Of a DNA stretch of 64,000 bases, positions 1 to 41,000 are shown one piece after another; position 1 is the first letter of the stretch; each line of letters begins with the position of its first letter. The notes under the pieces are model-generated. The model was not told the origin of the DNA. It saw only the letters and a program-made list of their open reading frames with translations, and did no database searches. The DNA comes from Phoronis australis (Eukaryota; Animalia; Phoronida). Made by a program: the position numbers and the translations under genes. The DNA lies in contig NMRA01000142.1 in assembly GCA_002633005.1 (NCBI GenBank), positions 416,860-480,859 on the forward strand. The letters are read 5' to 3'.

Positions 1-28709
<28,709 letters not shown>

Positions 28710-30123
28710 CACCTGTTGACAAGATCGTCAGTTGTTTCCCTGTGGCACAAAGTTACTGCTAACTTAGCTGAACATGTACATAATCAGACAGCAGTCATCA
28801 TGAACAAGAGGAGAAATGGATATCTGTAGATAAGTGAACATGTTCTGAGAGGAGACGTGACTTATGTCTCATGTTCTGGACAGTTTTGGAAAACAATCAC
28901 AATCTTGCTCATGAATTCCGTTGGCATATACATGTAGAAAATCCAGACCACTATGGGAAAAGTTCCAATATTTTCCAGAACGCGTTTGTTGTTATTTTCA
29001 CTTTCATGCAAAAATTGCTGTCATCTCGGAGCTGTTTTTTTGTGTTGTATGATGATATTGGCGCATAGCACTTGACTGCCTGGAACGTGTCCGTTATGAT
29101 TGTCTGGAACAAAAGCTTGGTGTAGTTGTGGCCATTGATAGTGACCTGGTGGGATTTGCTTACCCGTCTCGTATTGAATTTGCATGGCCGCCACTGGAGT
29201 GAATAGAAAATCCCTCCCAGACTGCACCTCTCTGTTCACTGAATGGTGTTGGATGAATCAAAAATGCAAAATGACTTGCTGAAGTTAAGGTTATGTTGGA
29301 CCTTGGATAGTCTGTGTGTTTAGCAAAATATCTTCAAAATCTGTTGATTTTAACTTGGCCAAATTCCGTTTAATATGAAAGTTGCAATATGAAATCTCAA
29401 GAACACTATCATAGTTTCCTAAGCTCTAATTTTGTTTTTGGTATACGCAACTTTTGAGTTTTTTATCAAGTTCTATTTTTGATAGCCCTCCTTGTGAAAG
29501 TGAAATATCTTAAAAGCAATTCCTGACAGCGGGTTTGAGGAACTGGATAAAGCACGATGTATGAAAGTTTCATATGAATCTGATCAGCCATCTCTGAGAT
29601 ATGATTTTCCGAAGTTTGCTAAATTCGGTCATTTTTAGCTGGGTCCTATTTAACCTTAAAGGTCTTTGATAGCCCAGAGTCTGATCTCTGTACTCCAACC
29701 TCATTTTAAAATTGATTAATTGCAATTTGTGTTCGAATAATGTGACGTGACTGGGTATGTGTTGAGTGGAAGTCTTGAGATGAGACCCTGGGCATAGATG
29801 ATTGAATGTCAATATGTCGTCTGCTTACTATTGACTACTAGACCATTGTATTGGCCTTATCGTCTGAGCATGTACTTCGTATGTCAGGGAAGTGCTGGCT
29901 TCCGACTGAAGTGCATCTGTTAAATGGGTCTGTACAATTCGTGGTTCGAGTTCTCTTTGTTAAGAAAACGTTGAATAGAAAAAGGAGACAGGAAAGAGAA
30001 GAATGTTGTTATTTCTCAAAACAAAGAACTTGTAGATGCTTTAGTTTTTTCTGTCAATGTTAATCTTGAGGTTGTGTATGAAAAGGCCTCAAATGTGCAA
30101 AATGTTCTGTCTGCCAATTTTGT

Positions 30124-30129
30124 AATAAA
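30124..30129 (+). terminator. Probable U2SURP polyadenylation signal (~1.4 kb 3'UTR)
   Basis: AATAAA followed by a GT/T-rich downstream element (tgtgtttttggtgttt). Confidence 0.55.
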
Positions 30130-32883
30130 CATTAGTAACAAATGTGTTTTTGGTGTTTATGTTACTCTTATAGTGGTAAAATTGCTCCAAAGAAAGTTGT
30201 CACAAATTTTTAGACATCTGCATGGTGGTTGTCGCTTCTGACGGTAGTGGGTTAGTGTTACGATATTTGTTCATAATGGCGTTCGTGCAAGCCGGTATAC
30301 TTGTGCCTCTTAGCCCACAGATGGAATTGCTTTTCATCATCAGATGGAGGAATTGGTCACATTCCAAGGCGTGTGCGTGTGTGCGTACATGAACTCTGAT
30401 CATTTGATAAAGTTGTATATTTTTACCAATCGATTTCTTTCACAATCGCAGACTGGATTAATTCCGTCATGCGCGGTGAATATTCCCTTTAAAACGTTCG
30501 CATCTATTGTTTCGTTTTTGTTTGTCAAATAAGGTTGAAATCATAACATTTCCTTAAACAGAAAGTATTGAGCGTGACATTAAACGATATACCTGTACAA
30601 ACATGTACTTCAAACTGAAAACCCTCTCGAAATGTACTCGTGTTAATTGAAACCTGTCGAAGAAATTATTGATGTTTATAAACTGAATGGGTTGAGCGCT
30701 TGGCTGATCGACCATGACTCATGAGCCCAGTATTGCCTAAAACGGTTTTATGCTGGTTATTTAAAGTCCAAGTTGCATTTTTTGTAAGAACGAAATGTTG
30801 GTACTGGCGTAGAGCTAGGCGGTCGTAGTTCATTTTCAAGATGAATGCATATTTTCATAAACCGTGTTAATGAACTTTTCTATGATGTATTATTAAAAAA
30901 TCGTTCCATCTTAACATCCATTTACGAACATTCAGCTTATGCTCAAGTACGTACGGGTTTGCGAAGGCCCGCCTTTATTTCGTCTCAAAACTTACTTTTG
31001 ACTTTGGCTACTTGTACTTACTGAAATAGGCTGCATAGCATTTTTCACTAATCACTTTAGAATGTGGAAAATTGAGTCTTCGTTATTGCTTGAAAAAAGC
31101 TTCGACAACTTGACTTGTCACAAAAGTGGCTGCTGGTCATTTTACGCGCCGAGCGTCGCGGTCTCTGTTATGGTCTCATTTTTTCTAAACCCAGAAACTT
31201 GTCATCTGAGCTAGCAAGCCGAGATCAAGCGCGGGATCGAAGCCAAAAGTCATTTTCACGACAGACGTCGCTCTAGTCGGTTAGCGACAATAATACACGC
31301 AGTGTTGGCTTACGTAGTAAATGAGCCAAAAGTGCGTTTCGTTGGCGAAAAGCGAGTTTGCGGTCGCTTTACTTCTAGTATGAGATGCTTGCGCGACAGT
31401 GTTTCATTTGAATTCACCGTTAATCATCTCTCACTGATCTATTTTAAGCAACAAGTGTGCGCTTTCTTATCCCCTGAATGTCCTACTTCGAGGGCCGGGT
31501 GAAGTTGGTATATCCCTGCTGTATGTGCTTTTCAAGTGTCCATCAGAGAAACCGTCGTCAATCCTCAGTTTATTACTTTCAGATTCATGCGCACATCCAT
31601 CGTAAAATATAGGGGGCCTCGAGTTTTTCTACTGAAAAAAAAATCAACGAGGACTAAAAAAAGGGTCCAGGCCGACGAATTGTGCATCCGCGTCGAATTC
31701 CTGTGGATTTCGTGGATTTTTTTTCTCGTTTATTATGACTTTTTGTTTCACTGTGGCGTACCTTTTTGCCCAATTCGCCAAATTGGGGAGGGGTCGTTCG
31801 AGTCCCACCGACCCCCTCCCCCCGATAATGGCTCACGTGCTACAACGCAACTGAAGAAAGTTATAATGTAATGATAAATTTGCCAAGTCGTCGAACGTCG
31901 AACCATGACGCCTACAACAAAAATTGCCCTATCGGCAATTTTCCGATATAGCTCCACCATTCATTGGCGTTTTTTTACAGTTCCTTTTGCTTGCCTAGTT
32001 TCATACCAGACGACAAAAGTGTACCCCAAGGTAAAACAATTGGGTAAAAGCTTGTCAAGAAAAGATTTATTTGTGGTTCAGGATTGGTGATAACACTTAC
32101 TCCTTTCCGAACGCGCTCATGTGGTATTTTTAGCCTCTGTGTATTTATAAGTTTTCCAGGTTTCGTCAGTTACGTTACCGGTAAATTTTTTGTATGCATG
32201 TGTTTGTCGGCTAACTTCGCCCTTCCTCCAAGCCACACATATTGCTTCGATTAGTCAATTCTTAATATGCAACTTAGCTGTTAGTGATTGCTCATGGATC
32301 ACTACACGATGTTCTTGGATAGCAACATCATCGTCTGTAAATAGGAGTGTTTTGTAGTGTGAGAAATTTCTGAAATGTCCATGTCTATTGGTTTTGCCTT
32401 TCATACCGGCTGGAAATCCAACGACGGTTGGGTTGGTTCCCTAAAATCATGGAAATTACACGCATACGTAGCGGTTACATTTAGAGCCAGTCTAGAAGTC
32501 ATTGCATGACTATTAACTAAAAAGTTAAATGAACGAACATGGTTCAATGGATATTCCCCAAAATATGCTCACACTTCAGGACAATGCCGGGATTTCAAAA
32601 TCAGTTCCCGTGTGTCAGGCCGCTCTGCACCCCGCCGGGGACTCCTCTGGTGACATCTTGCTGGTGAACCGTCACGTGATTGCTCTATGCGCACAGAAGT
32701 AGACAAAAACTGAACTGATTCACTGAGAACGAAATTTCATCGCGCAATGCTAAGTTTCGTGACGAAAGCTAGTCAGTTAGACGTCTAAATCTTTAGCCGA
32801 TTTAAATCTTTTTGTGCTATAGTCCCCTCAAAACTCTAAACCGTCAACTAAGGCAATGACCATTAATTTCATTCTCAACCTGT

Positions 32884-33330
32884 GGTTATCTAGGACCTTC
32901 ATAAACGACCTCAACTCTAAGTCAAATATCGACAAAAATTATGCTTTGTCGACAATTCAAAGTATGTAATTTCTGATAGCAGAAAGATCGAGAATTGTAA
33001 ATAAATGCTTCTAACTGCTGTGTCTTTATTATTGTCACGTGACCACATTTTTAAGTTAAAATTCCATGTACAAGAAAGAAACACTCACAACAGAATACCC
33101 CCCCCCCCCCGATCGATTTTAACAAAACTTTTTTGAAAACTTAACATTATGTCTCATAAATACTGTTAGGATTTTGCTTTAAAACACCCGGTTTTCGCGA
33201 TATACAAATAAGACCGCTGTATTTTTTTGCAAAAAGTGTCTTGTTTTTACGAGTTAATTTGGCATAAATAACGAACTAATTAAATAATTAAAATTTTTAA
33301 CAACACATGAAAACTTGACTTGAAAAATAT
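32884..33330 (+). mobile_element. Partial copy of the 26027-26737 MITE
   Basis: ggttatctaggaccttcataaacgacctcaactc... collinear through the poly-C tract. Confidence 0.75.
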
Positions 33331-33748
33331 GAACTGTAAACTGAGGACATGTGTTCTTGAAAATTAAATTCCCTACAAGTTTTCTGCCGTTTCATTGATT
33401 TTTAACCAGTTGTTTACCTTGTGTACTAGAGAACACAACGAGGAACTTACCATCGACTCCCGGAATCAATAGATAGATACAAGCGTATTAGCGACTTATT
33501 TTGATAGTGCGAACACATGGTATGTTCTCTCATAAACTACTCACAGTGTCGCGACAATCAACTGCTGCATTGAGTTATTCCGCAACTGTATATTCTAGTA
33601 ATTGGTATTTTCATAAACTTGTTTGCAAACATATTGATAAAACAGTTGATACGTAATTAATGAAGAACTAATTAAGCCTTTTTTGCATTATCTGTGTTTG
33701 CGAATGTAGTAAAAAGAAGCACTCAAACATTTAACGCAATTTTGACAG

Positions 33749-35015
33749 ATGAGACGCATATGTAAAAACGAGCAAAATATCATGACAACAGCCACGCTTA
33801 CATTGAGCATCTTGATTTCGTTTTGGGTCATTTCTTGTGAAAGCGTGAAGTTTGAGAAAAACATAGGTCATCGCGTGACGGGATGTTCACCGTCTGTGTC
33901 TCGGAGCAGAAGCAGGATCGACTGTTGCTCACAATGCTCCCAAAAAGAAGCCGAAAGGTCGGGAAGTTGCGTTTACGCAAGCTACAACAAACAACATATG
34001 ACATGCGAACTATGTGACGATTCGGGGACGTTATTCGTGGACGAAGGTTGGGATAGTTGGAAACTGTCAAGAAATGTCGAGATTTGGTCTCTAGTACAAG
34101 AGAAAAACACAGTTTCGACCTGCACGACTTCACAAAGTTTTAGTGATTCAGCGAACATCATCAGCAGTCAGAGCTCGGACGTTTTCACGGATTCTACATC
34201 TGCGGACTCTACAACATTGGGAGAAAATACGGAGTGGAACGTGCCTGAACCGCAATCAGAAAATTCGGATAGTTTTTCGAAGGTAGTGGGATCTTCTTCA
34301 ACGGCTATGGCCAGCTCAGAAAATGCAACAAATGACGGTTCAAGCACGGAATGGTCGCCAAGCACTTCAGACGGAACAAATGGTCCTTCGAACACAGCAG
34401 AATCTACGTTTACACCTGGTCTGTTCTCACTGACTGGCGAATTGTCGCCAACAAGCAGCGATGCGAACACGCCACCCTCCACGACTAGTCCTACTCAGAC
34501 TACAAGCGATTCGTTGCCAACAGGTATTGGAGCGAATTCACCATCTCCTACTACTAGCCCTACCCAAAGTTCAATCGAATGGTGGCCAACAAATAGCGAT
34601 ACGGCTATTAGTTCTACCCAAACAACAAACAGCGATACGAATTCACCACCCTCTGGTACTAGTCCTACGGAGACCAGTCAATGGAACCCAACAAGCAGTG
34701 ACGATAATACGCAGTCCCCCGCCGTTAGCTCTACCCAAAGTTCAATCGAGTGGTGGCCAACAAATAGCGATACGGCTATTAGTTCTACTCAAACAACAAA
34801 CAGCGATGCGAATTCACCACCCTCTGCTACCAGTCCTACGGAGACCAGTCAATGGAACCCAAGCAGTGACGATAATACGCAGTCTCCTGCCGTTAGCCCT
34901 ACCCAAAGTTTAATCCAATGGTGGCCAACAAGTAGCGACGTGGGTACACCGTCGGCTACCATCAACGCTACTCAAACCACTGATCTGAATGGAACCACAG
35001 ACACTACCTATGCAG
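33749..35015 (+). CDS. FReD gene exon 1: signal peptide, PAN domain, S/T/P-rich repeats
   Basis: 434-aa ORF, donor GCAG|gtaat; ATG preceded by ttttgacag, so an upstream UTR exon is possible. Confidence 0.88.
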
Positions 35016-38000
35016 GTAATTTCGTTTTTGTCCTTGTTCAAGAAATTGCATAAGTCCTTCTCAACGAGCCGAAGTAAGGAGTAGAGCTTATCAACATTTT
35101 AAAACCATATTTCGCCGTGACATGCGCACAGCCTCCTCATTTGGCGAAGTGGGCATAAAGGTCCCCCTCAGAGAAACAAAAACTCCGAAACTCAAAGTAG
35201 AAAACGAAACAAAGGTCCACTAAAAAGAAAGAAACTACCAAAATTTGGCGAATGCGCAATTCATGGCTCCGAAAGTACCCCGTGAATCTTAGGAAAAGGT
35301 TCACAGTCTCAAAAATTCCAGCCCCCATTTTTAGGCTGGGTGCGCGCGTGCGCGTGATTAGCTAGCTAAAAAACTAAAATTAGGGCTCTTACTTTCGTAA
35401 AATCGGCCTCCAGCATTCCTTATCGAGATAGGATTCTATTTCTGTTTACAAGAACATCGAAACCATCAGCGATTCACGAAAATGAGATTTTATTGAAATT
35501 AGCCAACCTTGTAATTGGTAATTCGCAAATGGCAAATGTACGCATAGCCTACAGTGGCGAATTTAGAGGGGGGCCAAGGGGGCCATGGCCCACCTAAAAT
35601 TCTCCCATATCAAATTTGGTAACTCGGGGTGTAAGTGTCTGACGCGAAAATTCCTGGCTAATACTCTCAGTGCCCCGCCTCCCAACTCAAAATCCTGGAT
35701 CCGCCCCTGGTCAAGGTTTTGCAGCACTAGCTGCAGCATAGAACAGACATTACGTAGTACGTTTTGTCTGAGTTGATTTGAGTACGTGCGGCCGAAATTA
35801 ATAAAGTGATTAACTCGAACCAGTCTTCAGTCTATCGTCGCACCGAAAGCTACTAAACACCGGTCAGCGATAATCTGTATCCGCCCATCCACGGAGTAAA
35901 TCGCGTGTTCATTATAAAATTTGCAAACAGATGCTTGCTGACTAAGTACCTTTTACGAATAAAACGGATAAAAAGACTAATACAGACGGCACACCCATAT
36001 TAAACCCGCACTTTCTTGTTTTTTTCTTTTCATTCTCTTATTCATATCATGACTACAGTGCAATGAACGTTAGTTTTTCATAAGCTCATTCATTCACACA
36101 TTCCGATGAGAAAACCAACCAGTTTCCTATCTTAAGAGTGCAGTGCACTTCAGACCAGACAAAAAGCCATGAATGGGTGATATACCCTATGTCACGGGTT
36201 TGGATCATACTATTCGTTGCAGTTTACTTTCCTATGTTATATTACTAAAATGTAGTTAAAACAATTCCTACTCTGATAAATAATTTAAAAGTCGGGCACA
36301 CCAGTTTTCGCTCAAAATCAGTGTCAAATTTTAACATGAAATCTCATTTTTTGTGGTATTGTAAAAATTATAGAAGCTGTTGGACAGTGAAATAGTTTGT
36401 GTTTTGGATTAACTCATCCATGGTCTCAGTAATAATAATAATAACAACAACAATAATAATAATAAATAGAAATTGGAAATATTGCCAGAAATTTCTGATG
36501 ATAACGGGGTCAAAGTAGCAAAAACACAGAAAACTGATAACAATTCTTTACCCAGCATTGTGAACAACAATATCTGGGAATAGCATTTCAAGCATTTTTT
36601 CATGATTATCGTTGGAAAGAACTCAAACTGAAATGTGACTATTGTAATGTCAGTTGAATTGAATGCAATCAACTTTGTGTAGTACAACAGAACGTCTGTG
36701 TACATAAGTATTTATCGGATAGCGATTCTTTACCCTGCATTGAGAACAACAACTCCGAGGCACAGTTTTCAAGCATTTTTTCATGACGATTCTTGAAAAG
36801 ATTGTAATCTGAAACGCGACTGTTGTGATGTCGGTTGAATTAAATGTAACCAACCTTGCATGTATTTATCTGATAACGATTCTTTACTCTGCATTGAGAA
36901 CAACAATGTCGAGTCATAGTTTTCCATGCATATTTTCATCACTATTCATAGAAAGAACGCAAACTGACACGCTTCGGCACTCAGTAAGAGTAGCATAGAA
37001 TATGCATTTGAAAACTGCACTCGTCAGATATTGTCACTCAACAGGAGATGTTTGTATGCATTATAGGTGACTTTTATTCGCCGTTATTATGTAAATAAGA
37101 ATGAACGTGATCAACTTTTTGAAATCAGGTACATTCTCGCGTCTCTCATTAATGTCGGGAAGGCAAAGAATTTTAGATCACGCATCCACGGGTTTTGGTC
37201 CAGTTTATAAAACTTTCACGCCGGTGTTGCAGCCCTCAACACAACACTTAATGCTTCCTTAGCATAGGAAGAACGAATAGAGTAATGCAACCAAGAAAAA
37301 CTTGTTCAGAATCAGACAACGACAAATATCATGTGAAACTCCAGTGGCTCGAAAACGAGAGAGCAAATGTGCCTGACGAATGTTTACGGCATTGTGGGTA
37401 AATACAGCGAGATTTGAGTGTTGCTGTGTAATCTGGGACGGCCCTATTGCCATGAACCTCAAGTATATAGTACTAACTGTGTGATTTAATTCTACTAGTT
37501 ATGTGTGCTTCGATAGTACAGTTAATAGTGGAAAGCGATCGAGAAACAATCCTAATAAACTTCAGCACGTGCATTATACTCAAGTAAATAACCCCGGCAT
37601 AAATCCTGAACTTAGGTTACTGGAGTGATAGGCCTACACTGACTTATTCAGTTCTGACGGTGGCGTTATTTTGAACTCGGGAGACGATTTGTGTGCCTTA
37701 AAATATTGCCCTTCGTTGTCCGTAGGATTCACAAAGGATTGTAGGTGATACTCAAACATTAAACTAAGGTCGTAAGTTATTTTTAGAAATGCCATTGCTT
37801 GAGAGAACGCTTGTTAGCTGTCTCGCCGGGTTTCGGATGTAGCGCAGCTTAGGAAACTCTAAAAAAGTTTCTCAGCTACATTGAAATTTGAATACACATC
37901 TTATCCGAGTACAGAGATTTTATCGCTTACTTCTCTCCGAGCCAGTTCTAAATGTCGTCTTGTCTTTTACGCTGGCATTTTCCTCCGCCATACGTTTCAA

Positions 38001-41000
38001 ATACTCACTGACGCCTTGCTATGCGAGGCTACCTAATTTTATAAGCACCTCCTCAGTCGTGATGGTCACGTGACACAACAACTCATTTCTCTGACTCCGC
38101 CAAGCGTGCAAAAAAGCCCATTAATTGGTCCAGTTTTATAAAGTTTACGTAAGCAGTTGCGGATTTCTCACTGGGCGGGGGGCAAGGGGGCAATGATCCT
38201 AAAATTCTCCCAGATTCCATTTGGCAGCTCGGAGGTGCTAATGTCTGCCCTGCCCCCCCCCAACTCCAAATCCTGGATCCGCCCCTGGCCTATGTTCTTG
38301 TTTGTACAGGAAATGGAATCGTATCTCGGCGGTAAGGAGTTATGCCGATTTCACATGATAGCAAAATATCCTGTTCAGTTTTCATTTTTAGGCAGCTAAA
38401 CAGGGCAAAATGCAGTGTTAAACTTTGTTTATGCTCGGAATATGTCCCGAAAATTTTAGGTGCGTCGAAAGCTCCGTTTCCAGAGATACAAAGGAGACCG
38501 TGTATAGGCAATATAAGGTCATTTATTATGACTGATAAGGTACAGAAATGTGAGTGTAGAAATAACATAAAGATAAAATAATAATCTCTGGAAAGATGGG
38601 CAATAAAAAGCGCCAGCACTCAGGTAAGAGGAACTACCCAGAGTAGAGGGTGGTAGAGGGTGGGAAAAATGAAGAGAGATTAGCTCGAACCTAAGTGCTG
38701 CAAAGCGAAGTACAGATGGCAGGAAATATAACTTTCTTGAGAANTTGTACAATCAGAATGAGTAGGATTTTCTGGTCTATCCTGTTATGTTAAGGGGGAC
38801 TCCGCTCTTTCCATTTTTAAATGTAGTGTGAATGTGTCATCATTTTTCCAATCTCGTGTTACAGATTGCTCCGAATGGTATAACAACGGTAACCAGATCA
38901 GTGACGTTTACACTATCAGCCCTCGTCCGGGCATTGCGGTATCGACATATTGTGACATGGAAACGGGCGGAGGAGGATGGACGGTGAGTGAGACTCCCTG
39001 ACAAAATTCTATGATTATTGCAAAGGTCACAGGGACATTTCATGAATTTTTTTATAAAGTTATTTCCATGACGCAAGTGGTATTGCTGCAGTTATTGATC
39101 GGGGTTTCCTCGTTCTGAGCTGAGTATCGAGAAAGATAGGCCTGTCATAACGCGACTATGTAAACTCCATCAGAAGATATCGAGTACTTTCGGAGCTTTA
39201 AACTTGACACAACGAAATTTACCCTTGCCAATGGTGTCCCGGATGCACCAAGGCCAAGGTGGCCAGTCCCGTGGTAGAGGGGTAGGTGATTCGATCAAAA
39301 CTTTTCTTGGAGAAATGGTTCGAGTACTTTAGCTATAAAAGCCGCTATGAACCGCCCCTGGTGTTAAAAATACCAAATTTCTTTATTTACGTGTATATTT
39401 GCTCTTCAGAATCAACGTCACTGACTTTTTTATGTTTTGTTTGAATTTGGTTGCAACAAATCGCTTGGAATTTTGGAATTCCACTGACGGCTATACTGAC
39501 TTGGCGACTGAAACTCACCAGCCGTGACAAGTAATTAACATAATGGGCGTGGTCTGAAGTAATAACGACCTGCCAGTTTTTATGAAGCCTAGAAATTATT
39601 TCTGATTTGCGTAAGGAAAAAAATGAGACCGATTTTATACACAGTAAGTGGCCTAAATCAAAAGTTGCTTTTTGACAGAAAGCGGCTGTTTATTTCCCCT
39701 TTTTAGAAACTATCAAAATGGCTTAAATCGGGTCTAGACCACGATCAAAAATCCCTAAGGTAAAGCAACCTCAGTGAATAAGAATGAGAGAATTGTATAT
39801 TCTACGAGGAGACACTGACACTCAAGACTCTAAGCTAGCTAGCAGATGAGAACAAAGGACGCAAAACATATTTTAAACACGGTAGGTTAATGGGCCTCCG
39901 TGAAACGTCCTTGAATTTCTATGGAGGAGTTTTAAAAATGTTACATTGCTGTTACGTCTGCCGTGCAGGTCATACAGAAGCGTTATGGCGGATCTCAAAA
40001 TTTCTCGTTACTTTGGGAGGACTACAAGCAAGGTTTTGGATCTCCATCTGGTGACTACTGGTTAGGTGAGAACAGCATGTCTTGAAAAAGAAGTTGATAT
40101 TAAATTATTTTGACAAAACTGGCACATCCATTTGAAATAACAAAAATACTTACAATAATAAAACAGCTTATTATTTTTTAAAATAAGTTGTTAAAACAAC
40201 TTATTCTTCTTAAAATGACATAGGCAGGAAATCCATTTTCGAGCATCAAGACGGGAGAGTCCCGCCTAAAGACGGCTAAAAAGCAGGGCCCTTTATATTA
40301 AGGACCCCACCTGGAGGCAGGCAAAGAGTGGGCCCCTTATATTAATGTACACGACCCCGCTTATTGATATGTCACTTTGACTTATCCTTATGAAAATGAC
40401 ATAGTCAAGAAATCCATTTTCGAGCTTGAAAAGTAAGGAACCTAATATTAATATAGGAAGCCCGCTTGAAGGCAGCCAAAAAGTGGGCCCCTTACATTAA
40501 TAAAGAAGCCCCGCTCAGGCATAGGTTATTTGACTTATCCTTATTAATATGATATAGGCAAGAAATGCCGCATTTTCGAGGTTCAAAGTGTACCCCCCTA
40601 TATTAATTCGGAAGGCCCTATGTTAAGGCGGCGAAAAACCAGTGTTCCTTGTGTATTATTGTAGATGACTCCACTTCTGGGGTTCCAAAATGAATTTTTG
40701 CTGATGTCATTTTAATAAGAATAAGTAATTTAGAATAATAAGCTGCTATAATAATAACAATGATAATAGTAATGGCAATAGTAATAGTAATAGTAATAGT
40801 AATAGTAATAGTAATAGTAATAGTAATAGTAATAGTAATAGTAAGTCGGCTCGTGAGAGACCAAACAATGCTATGCTATGTATTGGTTGCATTGGCATTA
40901 GTAGGACAGTGACCGCGATGGCATTGTGCGCTTCGTGTCGTCCGTGATCAGAGGTTGAGGTCCTCTTAGACTAGTACTACAGACGAGACTAGACGTTTCC

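Noticed and set aside
33828-34913. Overlapping ORFs (33828-34133, 34168-34482, 34461-34913)
   Set aside because: Alternate-frame or antisense shadows of the repetitive mucin exon
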